This document shows positions 19,418 through 27,908 of a stretch of 64,000 bases of DNA, in pieces. Under the pieces are notes generated by a model that saw nothing but the letters and a program-made list of their open reading frames with translations, was not told the DNA's origin and did not search any database. The stretch is taken from contig JAZUNO010000092.1 in NCBI GenBank assembly GCA_045604185.1, forward strand, positions 24,956 to 88,955. Direction: 5' to 3'. Each line of letters starts with the position of its first letter. Positions within the stretch are counted from its first letter, which is position 1. Position numbers and translations under genes: made by a program. The DNA comes from Acutalibacteraceae bacterium (GTDB taxonomy: Bacteria; Bacillota; Clostridia; Oscillospirales; Acutalibacteraceae).

Positions 19418-19924
19418 ATGAACTCATTTTCAGAAAACGAAAAAGCCCTGTGTGCTAAAGCAGACGAGCTTTGTGCAACAGACTTAGACGGTGCTCACAG
19501 ATTTATCGGCAATCTTATTGCAGAATGTACGCCTGAACAGAAAAGTTCAAAGGTTCAGTCCGCAGCACTCTCGAGAATATGTTGCCGATTCCTGATGCAC
19601 CGAAAGACAAAAAACCGTCTGGTAACTATTCTCACGCAGGACGTCGCATTGCGCACAGCAATTTTCGGTGAAATCAACACATATAAATACAGCCTCGTTT
19701 TCTTGCTCCGCCGTCTGCTCAGATTAAACGACCCTGTCCTGACGGATGAACTGCTTACACTCCTGAAAAACAACCCCTATAGGGACGACAGTGCAAAGGA
19801 TTACTCCGACAGGTGGTCTTTTCAGTTTGTTATAAACGAAGCCCTCTGTGCACCTGATGACTATTTAAACCTGAGTGACGAAAACAAAAAAGTTATACAA
19901 AAATATACAACACCATCAGCTTAG
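19418..19924 (+). CDS. hypothetical protein (168 aa)
   Basis: Isolated ORF with no recognisable motif. Confidence 0.45.
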   Translation: MNSFSENEKALCAKADELCATDLDGAHRFIGNLIAECTPEQKSSKVQSAALSRICCRFLMHRKTKNRLVTILTQDVALRTAIFGEINTYKYSLVFLLRRLLRLNDPVLTDELLTLLKNNPYRDDSAKDYSDRWSFQFVINEALCAPDDYLNLSDENKKVIQKYTTPSA

Positions 19925-19947
19925 CCGATGGTGTTGCTTAATGTTTT

Positions 19948-20421
19948 TTACAGCACTCTGATATTTTCGCAGCCTCTGACTCCAAGAAAATCAACCACTC
20001 GTTCACCGTTGAGTATGGCTTTGCTGCAAGGCTTTATATCAACAAAATTTTTAACTATTTCATCTTTTCCGCCCTGTGCAACAGCAATTATATCATCGAT
20101 TTTTTCAGAGAAAACCGGCAGAAAATCATCGGGTGCAATCTCAAAATAATGAATCTCCGTCATCGCACGTGAAAAATTGAACCGAAACTTTCCGCAACGA
20201 ACATCGGTTTCATAATATTCCGGATACGGCAGATGCATATTCAAACCGCTGAAGCTGTACGCAAATTCGATATAATAATGGTTGTCGAAAAAAGAACGGT
20301 GCAACCATACGGAAAGCGTTATTCCGTTATCGAATTTCTTATAAAAATTATCTCTTTTTTTTGTAAAATCTTTCTCCTTAAGCGTTTTTGCACAAACTTT
20401 GACAAATTCATTTCTGTTCAT
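19948..20421 (-). CDS. hypothetical protein, DUF4304-like
   Basis: 157 aa. The N-terminus MNRNEFVKVCAKTLKEKDFTKKRDNFYKK resembles the DUF4304 family from memory. Confidence 0.5.
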   Translation of the reverse strand: MNRNEFVKVCAKTLKEKDFTKKRDNFYKKFDNGITLSVWLHRSFFDNHYYIEFAYSFSGLNMHLPYPEYYETDVRCGKFRFNFSRAMTEIHYFEIAPDDFLPVFSEKIDDIIAVAQGGKDEIVKNFVDIKPCSKAILNGERVVDFLGVRGCENIRVL

Positions 20422-20567
20422 GACAAAGGCTCCCCAACCCTTTCATAACAATTTTTATTTTCTCTCTGATGTACATAAGAAAGTTCTCATCCCCATGAGT
20501 ACTTCTATTTTCAAGAATAACACTGTTCTTTGTATTTTGTCAATAAAAAATAATATAATATAGTTTG

Positions 20568-20618
20568 CCCACAGGTCACAGACACCCATTTGTAAATTAT
20601 TGTCTGTAATCTGTGGGG
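20568..20618 (-). terminator. long hairpin downstream of spo0A (possible terminator)
   Basis: CCCACAGGTCACAGACA-16 nt-TGTCTGTAATCTGTGGG, a 17-bp stem with 2 wobble or mismatch positions. The U-run is poor. Confidence 0.4.
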
Positions 20619-20636
20619 AACTTTATTTACGCAAAA

Positions 20637-21407
20637 TTATGAAACCTTTAACTTCAGGCGGAGTTTATCCGAAATCATAGCGATAAACTCACTGTTTGTG
20701 GGCTTGCCACGGGAATTCTGAATCGTATATCCGAAGTATGAACTCAGAATATCAACATCACCTCTGTCCCATGCAACCTCAATAGCATGACGTATGGCTC
20801 TCTCTACACGGGATGCGGTTGTTTTGTAAGTTTTTGCAACCGTGGGATAAAGAAGTTTTGTAACCGAATTCATTATATCATCATCGTTAATCGCAAGAAT
20901 TATGGCCTCACGCAGATACTGATAACCCTTTATATGTGCAGGCACTCCGATTTGATGCATTATCTCCGAAACCATCATCTCAAGACTTCTTTTTTCGCTG
21001 TTGATGCTCAATATGTTATCCTGTGTCCGTCCCGCTCCCGTGAGTTGCTGTATCCTTTCAACAAATACCTGTATATCAAACGGCTTTATGAAATAATAAT
21101 CAGCTCCGCTCTCTATTATCTCCTGCTGAAGCCTGGCATTTGAATTGCCCGACGTAACCGTCACAAGCGGTCTCTTATCTGTTGCTGTTTTAAGTCCACC
21201 CAGCACTCCGATTGCATCCAGGCCCGGCATAAACGCATCTATCACCAGAACATCAGGCACATCGCCCTGCTTTATAAGCTTTATCACCTGTGCCCCGTCC
21301 TTTGGAACAAGATGCACCTCGAATCCGCTTGCACGCAATGCAGAGGCACAGCTTGCTCCAAATTCATTACCTTCTTCTGCTATCATGACCTTTAACATTT
21401 TTCCCAT
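20637..21407 (-). CDS. spo0A: sporulation master regulator Spo0A
   Basis: Receiver domain plus the Spo0A_C signature [19 protein letters not shown]...[21 protein letters not shown] lies 8 nt before the ATG. Confidence 0.95.
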   Translation of the reverse strand: MGKMLKVMIAEEGNEFGASCASALRASGFEVHLVPKDGAQVIKLIKQGDVPDVLVIDAFMPGLDAIGVLGGLKTATDKRPLVTVTSGNSNARLQQEIIESGADYYFIKPFDIQVFVERIQQLTGAGRTQDNILSINSEKRSLEMMVSEIMHQIGVPAHIKGYQYLREAIILAINDDDIMNSVTKLLYPTVAKTYKTTASRVERAIRHAIEVAWDRGDVDILSSYFGYTIQNSRGKPTNSEFIAMISDKLRLKLKVS

Positions 21408-21439
21408 TTATAGTTCCTCCTGTTTTATTTTTCACATGG

Positions 21440-21468
21440 ATTTTACCATTAATGGGAATAAATGTCAA
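21440..21468 (-). promoter_or_regulatory. sigma-A type promoter, TTGACA-17-TAAAAT, upstream of spo0A
   Basis: On the minus strand: TTGACA (21463-21468), a 17-nt spacer, TAAAAT (21440-21445). Confidence 0.55.
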
Positions 21469-21524
21469 TAATTATTTGCCATTTTTTGGTATTTTTTTAT
21501 TATGCCTACATCAGTCTTTTATAT

Positions 21525-21551
21525 TTCGACAAAGTGTTTTTGTTTTCGACA
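21525..21551 (-). promoter_or_regulatory. two perfect 0A boxes (TGTCGAA) spaced 20 bp apart
   Basis: Minus-strand TGTCGAA at 21545-21551 and at 21525-21531, upstream of the spo0A promoter. Confidence 0.6.
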
Positions 21552-21587
21552 CGGGACATTCGTCTGATTTTTTCAGCCCAAATCACC

Positions 21588-22796
21588 TTAAGATGCAGCC
21601 TTTAATTTTTGCGATACTATTTTATCACTCTCATCTATCATCATCTGAGCAAAAATCGCATAACCCTGAGTCGGGTCGCTGATGAAAACATGCGTAACAG
21701 CTCCGACAAGCATTCCGTTTTGTACTATCGGACTTCCTGACATTCCCTGAACTATTCCGCCTGTTTTTTCGAGCAGCTCCTTATCCGTAACCTTGATAAC
21801 CATATTGCGTTGCTGTTCTGTTTTTGAATAAATCTTCGTTATTTCGATATCATAATACTGCGGTCCGTTATCGTCTACAGTCGACACTATCTGTGCTTTT
21901 CCCTCTTTCACTTCATCGACAAGAGCCACGGGAACAGCCTTTCTTGACGGCAGACTTTCATACGCACCGTATATACCCTTATCGCAATTTTGATACAGCT
22001 GGCCTATATCACCGTGAGTAAACACTCCGCAAAGCTCACCCGGTGTGCCCTGAGTACCTTTATAGCATCCCTTAACGCAGGCATTAACCGCATCTCCGCC
22101 CGAGATAACAAGCCGCTCTCCTGTATCAACATCACAAACCGCATGGCCCAAGCCTGCAAACATACCGTTTTTTTCGTCATAAAAAGTCATTGTACCAATA
22201 CCTGCCGAGCTGTCACGCACCCAGAGTCCCGCTTTCAGTTTGCCGTCGGACACGCTGCGTGCCGGCAAAAGAGTGACTGTCTTAACACTGTCACCCCTTT
22301 GAACAGAAAGCTCAATAGTTTCACCGTTGCTTTTTTCAACGGCACTCGCTATATCGTTGTTACGGCTGACCGGCAGGCCGTTTATTTTCAAAATTATATC
22401 TCCTTTTTTAATGCCCGCTCTCTGTGCCGGATTAACTAAACCTTTATCGGTTTGCACATCGTCACAACCGACAACAAGTACGCCTTTCGTATAAAGCCTT
22501 ATTCCGAAAATATTTCCTCCGAGCGTTACATAGCGTCGCTGGGTGACCGTAACCTTAGCGGTCTTTACGGGAAACAGGCCGAAAGCACTGACATTCAGTT
22601 CATACTCGCCGTCTTTATCCCCGTTCATCTCTTGACTGTCCACCGAAAAAACCGCATCCTCAACTTTCGGCTCGCTTCCGGAAGCCACATAATATTCGTC
22701 CGGCAACTCAATTAAACCGTAGGCTATTGACGAAAAAATGCCAACTGCAAAAATCAACGCAAATACGCTCAATGTTTTAAAAAACCTTTTCATCAT
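21588..22796 (-). CDS. spoIVB: SpoIVB peptidase (S55 family, PDZ domain)
   Basis: GIKKGDIILKINGLPV (PDZ), GIGTMTFYD...GLGHAV and GMSGSPIVQNG (catalytic Ser). The spoIVB-spo0A neighbourhood is conserved. Confidence 0.9.
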   Translation of the reverse strand: MMKRFFKTLSVFALIFAVGIFSSIAYGLIELPDEYYVASGSEPKVEDAVFSVDSQEMNGDKDGEYELNVSAFGLFPVKTAKVTVTQRRYVTLGGNIFGIRLYTKGVLVVGCDDVQTDKGLVNPAQRAGIKKGDIILKINGLPVSRNNDIASAVEKSNGETIELSVQRGDSVKTVTLLPARSVSDGKLKAGLWVRDSSAGIGTMTFYDEKNGMFAGLGHAVCDVDTGERLVISGGDAVNACVKGCYKGTQGTPGELCGVFTHGDIGQLYQNCDKGIYGAYESLPSRKAVPVALVDEVKEGKAQIVSTVDDNGPQYYDIEITKIYSKTEQQRNMVIKVTDKELLEKTGGIVQGMSGSPIVQNGMLVGAVTHVFISDPTQGYAIFAQMMIDESDKIVSQKLKAAS

Positions 22797-22914
22797 TCAC
22801 CTCCCAAAAAATTTTTGTCCGTTTTTCGGACATTAATACTTTTGCCGTTTGAGGTGATAATATTGTAGGAAAAAGTGAACGACGTTGAAAATAAACGCTT
22901 GTTTGTTTTTACCT

Positions 22915-22947
22915 GAAAATAAAAAACGCACAGCAAAGTGCTGTGCG
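22915..22947 (-). terminator. intrinsic terminator of the lipoprotein gene
   Basis: Minus strand: CGCACAGCA-CTTT-GCTGTGCG followed by TTTTTTATTTT. Confidence 0.7.
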
Positions 22948-22965
22948 GAAAAATTTGGTTTTTTA

Positions 22966-23370
22966 TTATTTCTCTGCTTGTACTTTTGTAAGTCCAAGTG
23001 TCAGATTGAGGTCTGAACTGCTCAAAGTCAGTACTTCGTCCTCATATGTCGCAGTAAAAGTAAGATTAACATCTATAAATGAAATGTTAATCGGAGTGTT
23101 GGGAACAAAGGTTATCTGTGCAGGCTCTTTTTCAATATCAAGATTATATGTACCATCAGCTTTAAGTTCTATCGGAAATCCCAAAGCTTTTACGCTGCCA
23201 AAATCGAAAGTAGCAGTTCCATCCTCTCTGAATTCAACACTTGCAGTATTATCGGCATTAGTCCATTTTCCGACAATCACCTTATCAAGACTTGCCTGAC
23301 AACCTGCAAATACACAAGCCGCGACCGCAATTACCAATACAACCGCTAAAATTCTTACCGCTTTCTTCAT
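22966..23370 (-). CDS. small lipoprotein of unknown function
   Basis: MKKAVRILAVVLVIAVAACVFAGCQ, a signal peptide with a lipobox. Confidence 0.6.
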   Translation of the reverse strand: MKKAVRILAVVLVIAVAACVFAGCQASLDKVIVGKWTNADNTASVEFREDGTATFDFGSVKALGFPIELKADGTYNLDIEKEPAQITFVPNTPINISFIDVNLTFTATYEDEVLTLSSSDLNLTLGLTKVQAEK

Positions 23371-23449
23371 TCAATCCACCTATCCTTTCTTTTATAAAAA
23401 TACTTTTTCTTCACCCTTATTATATCACGCCGTGTCATATTTTGTCTAT

Positions 23450-23483
23450 AAATAAAACAGATTGCATCATGGGATGCAATCTG
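23450..23483 (-). terminator. intrinsic terminator after the sugar cassette
   Basis: Minus strand: CAGATTGCATC-CCAT-GATGCAATCTG followed by TTTTATTT. Confidence 0.7.
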
Positions 23484-23494
23484 CTTCATTTTAA

Positions 23495-24556
23495 TTAATC
23501 AAAAAATACAACCTTGTTATTGTGTCCGCTCTCAAAGATAGCTTCAACAAGTTTCATCAGACGACGCTGCTGGTCGTGAGTAACTATCTGCTCCTCTTCG
23601 CCTCTTACTGCTGCAAATACGTTCTCATAGAACTGCGTCCAGCGTGAATCGACTTTCGGAAGCTCGTAGCGTTTTATAGTGTCGTCAGTTCTGGGAGCCA
23701 TAGTCTTTGTAAGTCCTACGCCTGCAAGAATCGGCACTGCATCACGGTTCTCCCAATCGGAAACCTTGACAATTTCACCGTTTACATCCCAATCTGTTAC
23801 AACCGCTGAACCGTTTTCGCCAAGAATGTACCAGCGAGGCAACTCAATAAAGTTGCTGGTCGTAACCTCAACGTAAATTGAGAGGTCGCCCTCAAAAATA
23901 AGAGTGGTCCTGAAACCGTCATCACAATCTTCGTTTGTAACATTTGTAAGTTCGGCATAAACAGAGATAAGCTTCCTGCCCTCGCCTATCTGAAGAGCCT
24001 GATCAAGCAAATGGATGCCCCAATCAAGCACCATTCCGCCGCCGTGTTTTTTCTTGTTTCTCCAGTCACCGGGAATACCTCTTGAGCCCTGAACCCTTGA
24101 CTCGATACGGAACACCTTGCCAAGGCTGTTGTCGTCAATAATCTTGCGTATGCACTTATAATCGGGATCCCATCGTCTGTTCTGGTGAACGGTGAAAAGT
24201 TTTTGGTATTTCTCGGATGCGGCAATCATATCCTCAAGCTCCTGCGAATCCATTGCGACAGGCTTTTCGGAAATAACATTTTTTCCTGCCGCCATAGCCG
24301 CAATAGCTATCTCCTTGTGAACATCGTTAGGTGTCGCAACAGTTACAAGGTCTATACGCTCGTCAGCCAGCAACTCCTCACGGGATGAGAATGCGTGTAT
24401 TCCCTTTGACTCAGCAACTTTACAACGTTCAGGATTTATATCATAAATTCCTATAAGCTCGGCTATATCCTCAAACTTCTCCATTTGTGAAGCGTGCCAA
24501 CTGCCCATTCCGCCATATCCTATAACGGCAAATCCTATCTTTTTATTTTTATCCAT
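23495..24556 (-). CDS. Gfo/Idh/MocA-family NAD(P)-dependent oxidoreductase
   Basis: IGFAVIGYGGMGSWH Rossmann N-terminus and an EKP motif (SEKPVA). Confidence 0.85.
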   Translation of the reverse strand: MDKNKKIGFAVIGYGGMGSWHASQMEKFEDIAELIGIYDINPERCKVAESKGIHAFSSREELLADERIDLVTVATPNDVHKEIAIAAMAAGKNVISEKPVAMDSQELEDMIAASEKYQKLFTVHQNRRWDPDYKCIRKIIDDNSLGKVFRIESRVQGSRGIPGDWRNKKKHGGGMVLDWGIHLLDQALQIGEGRKLISVYAELTNVTNEDCDDGFRTTLIFEGDLSIYVEVTTSNFIELPRWYILGENGSAVVTDWDVNGEIVKVSDWENRDAVPILAGVGLTKTMAPRTDDTIKRYELPKVDSRWTQFYENVFAAVRGEEEQIVTHDQQRRLMKLVEAIFESGHNNKVVFFD

Positions 24557-24594
24557 TATCTTTTACTCCCAAGTAAACTATTTTTTCAGACGAA

Positions 24595-25560
24595 TCACAC
24601 CCACCACATATCGCCGGTGCTCTGGGTAATAAGAACATCCTTAAGAAGTGATGCTGCTTTTGTAAGGCCCTCATCCTGGCTCATGAGCGAATCCTCGTGC
24701 TCAATGCTTATAGCATAGTCGTAGCCGACAAGACGAAGGTTGGAAATAATATCTTTCCAATAAGAATAATCGTTGCCGTAGCCCACTGAACGGAATATCC
24801 ATGAACGGTTTATCTCGTCAGAATACGGCTTTGTATCAAGCACACCGTTAACAGCGGTGTTATACTTGTCAATCTTTGTATCTTTTGCATGGAAGTGGAA
24901 AATCGCATCGCCGAGTTTTCTGATACATGCAATAGGATCCATACCCTGCCAAATAAGGTGGCTCGGATCAAAGTTCGCACCGATTTCAGGGCCTACTGCC
25001 TCACGGAGTCTCAAAAGGCTCTCGCAGTTATATACGCAGAAACCGGGGTGAAGCTCAAGAGCTATCTTATTGACACCGTGCTCCTTTGCAAATGCCACAA
25101 GGTCTTTCCAATAAGGAATGAGAACCTCGTTCCACTGCCACTCAAGAATCTCCGAAAAATCGTTGGGCCAAGGACAGACTACCCAGTTGGGATACTTTGC
25201 TCCCTCATGGTCGCCGGGGCAACCCGAAAATGTGTTTATCTGATGAAGTCCGAGTTTCTCGGCAAGAAGAATTGTGTTTCTGATTGTTCTGTCAAACTCT
25301 GCCGCAATCTCCTTATTTGGATGTACGGGGTTGCCGTGACAGCTCAGGGCACTTATCTCAAGGCCGTACTTAGCAACAGTTGCCTTGAATTCTTCGAGTT
25401 TTGCCTCATCGTTCAAAAGGATGTCCGGGTCAGCATGTGAGTTGCCCGGATAACCGCCGCAACCTATCTCCACCATCTCAATTCCTCTTGATTTAAAATA
25501 TGCAAGTGCCTCATCGAGCGGTAAATTGCCCAAAAGGCAGGTGAAAACGCCTAATTTCAT
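24595..25560 (-). CDS. xylose-isomerase-like TIM-barrel protein (sugar phosphate isomerase/epimerase family)
   Basis: 321 aa with an AP_endonuc_2-like layout (...ELHPG..., ...HFHAKD...). Confidence 0.8.
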   Translation of the reverse strand: MKLGVFTCLLGNLPLDEALAYFKSRGIEMVEIGCGGYPGNSHADPDILLNDEAKLEEFKATVAKYGLEISALSCHGNPVHPNKEIAAEFDRTIRNTILLAEKLGLHQINTFSGCPGDHEGAKYPNWVVCPWPNDFSEILEWQWNEVLIPYWKDLVAFAKEHGVNKIALELHPGFCVYNCESLLRLREAVGPEIGANFDPSHLIWQGMDPIACIRKLGDAIFHFHAKDTKIDKYNTAVNGVLDTKPYSDEINRSWIFRSVGYGNDYSYWKDIISNLRLVGYDYAISIEHEDSLMSQDEGLTKAASLLKDVLITQSTGDMWWV

Positions 25561-25574
25561 GTGCTTATCTCCTT

Positions 25575-26297
25575 TCAGACAAGTGTTTTAAGATATTTTA
25601 TGCTTCTTGCGATGTCCTCTAATCCTGTGGGTACGGGATCATCGTTTTCAACTATCAGCCACTCTATACCGATATCTTTAGCCGCTTTGACAACTTTAGC
25701 TATATCACAGTCACCCTCGCCCAATGCCAAAGGATCACCGTCGATGCCGTCCTTGACGTGCAGGTGGACTATCTTATCCTTATTCTCAGTTATAAGCTTA
25801 TAGTTATCCTGTCCTGCGTGGTGGCTCCAATATGTATCTATCTCCAACCAACAGACATCTTTAAGCGCATCAAACGGATAAACTCCGTCCTTATTTGGCT
25901 CGAACTCGTCGGAGTGGTTATGATAATAAAGCTTCATACCCTGCTCCTCGGCTACAGGCAATGCCTTCTTGAGAATCTCACAGGTGTTTCTGAGTTTTGC
26001 AGGTGTATTGTGCGGCGCTCCGCCCATACCCATTGTTGCCATACCGAGCGTTTTGCAATACTCAATAGTTTCCATAAGCTTCCTGGGCTTGTAATTTTTA
26101 ATATCCATGTGCGTGCCGACTGCGACAAGGCCTGCATCATCCAGAGCCTTTCGAAGTACATCTGCAGGCAAGTCAAAATATCCGGCAAATTCAACACCGT
26201 CATAGCCTAAAGCCTTGACCTTCGGAAGAATAGCCAAAAGGTCATCTCCGTTATCTATATGATCGCGTACAGAATAAAGCTGAACAGCAATTTTCAT
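25575..26297 (-). CDS. xylose-isomerase-like TIM-barrel protein (sugar phosphate isomerase/epimerase family)
   Basis: 240 aa: MKIAVQLYSVRD...GYDGVEFAG...HNHSDEF...HLHVKD. Confidence 0.8.
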   Translation of the reverse strand: MKIAVQLYSVRDHIDNGDDLLAILPKVKALGYDGVEFAGYFDLPADVLRKALDDAGLVAVGTHMDIKNYKPRKLMETIEYCKTLGMATMGMGGAPHNTPAKLRNTCEILKKALPVAEEQGMKLYYHNHSDEFEPNKDGVYPFDALKDVCWLEIDTYWSHHAGQDNYKLITENKDKIVHLHVKDGIDGDPLALGEGDCDIAKVVKAAKDIGIEWLIVENDDPVPTGLEDIARSIKYLKTLV

Positions 26298-26324
26298 CTG
26301 TGTATACCTCTCAAAAATAGGTTA

Positions 26325-27407
26325 TCAGTCAAAATATACGGGCTTGCCTGTCTTTGAGGACTCATAAATAGCCTCAAGAATCTGAGTAACAACAAGTGCC
26401 TGCTCGGGCTTTGTTCTGACTTCTGTGTCATTGAGAACAGCGTCAACAAATGCTCTTGCCTCAAGCTCTGACGGGTCGTCACTTGCTCCGTCATAGAAAG
26501 CTGCTCCGCCTGCTTCAAAGTTCGGAGTCTCTATGCACTGACGTCCGTATTTTACATAGTTCAAACGAAGTCCGTCAAGCATATCTGCACCTGCTTTGTC
26601 ACCGCAAAGATATGTAATAGCCTCTCTCGGGTCTGCAAGATTGAGTGCCCAGCTTGCTTCAACAGAAATTGTAGCACCGTTCTCCATTGTAACAAATCCG
26701 AATGCCGAATCCTCAACTGTATACTTTTCAGGATCCCACTCGCCCCATGCGTTACCTGATCTCTTCTGGTCGCCAAGCTTCTTATATACGTTACCTACAA
26801 CCATCTTCGGCTTGTAGTTATCCATCATCCAGAGTGTAAGGTCGAGAGCATGTGTACCAATGTCGATAAGCGGACCGCCGCCCTGCTCATACTCGTTGAG
26901 GAATACGCCCCAAGTCGGAACGGCTCTGCGACGAAGTGCAATAGCTCTACCGTAGTAAATCTCACCGAGATCGCCGTTTTCGCAAGCCTCTTTGAGGTAA
27001 AGAGAGTCTGCTCTCCAACGTGACTGATAGCCGATTGTCAGCTTCTTGCCTGTACGCTCAGCAGCCTCGCACATAGCCTTTGCTTCCGCATATGTCTTTG
27101 CCATGGGCTTCTCGCACATAACATGTTTGTCTGCCTCAAGTGCATCGATTGTAATAAATGCGTGAGAGCGGTTGGGTGTACAGACGTGAACGGTATCAAT
27201 AGTCTTATCTTTGAGAAGCTCTTTATAGTCTGTATAAACCTTAGCGTCCTCAACGCCGTACTTCTCGGCAGCCTTAACAGCTCTTTCCTCAATAATATCG
27301 CAGAATGCTACCATTTCAACCTCTGCTATCTTCTTAAGTGCAGGCATATGCTTTCCGTTAGCAATTCCGCCGCAACCGATAATACCTACTCTTAACTTTC
27401 TTTCCAT
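26325..27407 (-). CDS. Gfo/Idh/MocA-family NAD(P)-dependent oxidoreductase
   Basis: The start was moved to ATG 27407 (MERKLRVGIIGCGGIANGKH), which follows AGGAG. The 60-aa N-terminal extension in the ORF track has no family support. It has a CEKP motif. Confidence 0.85.
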   Translation of the reverse strand: MERKLRVGIIGCGGIANGKHMPALKKIAEVEMVAFCDIIEERAVKAAEKYGVEDAKVYTDYKELLKDKTIDTVHVCTPNRSHAFITIDALEADKHVMCEKPMAKTYAEAKAMCEAAERTGKKLTIGYQSRWRADSLYLKEACENGDLGEIYYGRAIALRRRAVPTWGVFLNEYEQGGGPLIDIGTHALDLTLWMMDNYKPKMVVGNVYKKLGDQKRSGNAWGEWDPEKYTVEDSAFGFVTMENGATISVEASWALNLADPREAITYLCGDKAGADMLDGLRLNYVKYGRQCIETPNFEAGGAAFYDGASDDPSELEARAFVDAVLNDTEVRTKPEQALVVTQILEAIYESSKTGKPVYFD

Positions 27408-27459
27408 AAAAACAACTCCTATGAAATTCTTTAATCGGGACTCATCCCATTTAACATTT

Positions 27460-27487
27460 ATTATAATAGATTGAACGAATAGTTCAA
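27460..27487 (-). promoter_or_regulatory. sigma-A type promoter (TTGAAC-16-TATAAT) overlapped by palindrome TTGAAC-N5-GTTCAA
   Basis: Minus strand: TTGAACTATTCGTTCAATCTATTATAAT. The inverted repeat spans 27471-27487. Confidence 0.5.
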
Positions 27488-27644
27488 TAAAAAATGAGAG
27501 AAAGTTTTTCAAACTGCGTACCAAAATTCGCTCGCCATATTTAGCTAAAATGCACAAAAGCTTAAAATGCTCACCACACGTTCTCATTTTTTAACAAAAT
27601 AACCCGTTTTTATTAAGACTTTATTCACAGCGGCTTAATAAAAA

Positions 27645-27805
27645 AAGGTTATCATAACCTTGCGCAAACGAAGGAACCGCACCTTCAAAAAGCGTGGTGT
27701 CTGAACGTCAGGCATCTACCCCTCCTCAAATCAGATGCTGAAAGTTGCATCAAACCCCTCATTGTGAAAAAGCCACGGTAAGGCTGACGCCTACCGTGTT
27801 TTTTT
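27645..27805 (+). ncRNA. candidate small RNA or 5' leader with two C-rich motifs and an intrinsic terminator
   Basis: No ORF. There are four short hairpins. GCATCTACCCCTC (27712-27724) and GCATCAAACCCCTC (27747-27760) are two copies of one motif. The terminator is CACGGTAAGG-CTGACG-CCTACCGTG plus T7 (27774-27805). Confidence 0.4.
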
Positions 27806-27908
27806 CTATCCCTTTCAAATCGTCACAGCGTATAATTTTGTTTTTTGCGGACAAAAATAACTTTGAAAATCTTACCGCAAAAATTATATGCGGAGAAACG
27901 AGGCAGAT

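Noticed and set aside
27408-27587. 60-codon N-terminal extension of the Gfo/Idh/MocA ORF
   Set aside because: The Rossmann fold starts right after the internal ATG at 27407, which has an AGGAG RBS. The extension also covers the promoter and operator sequence.
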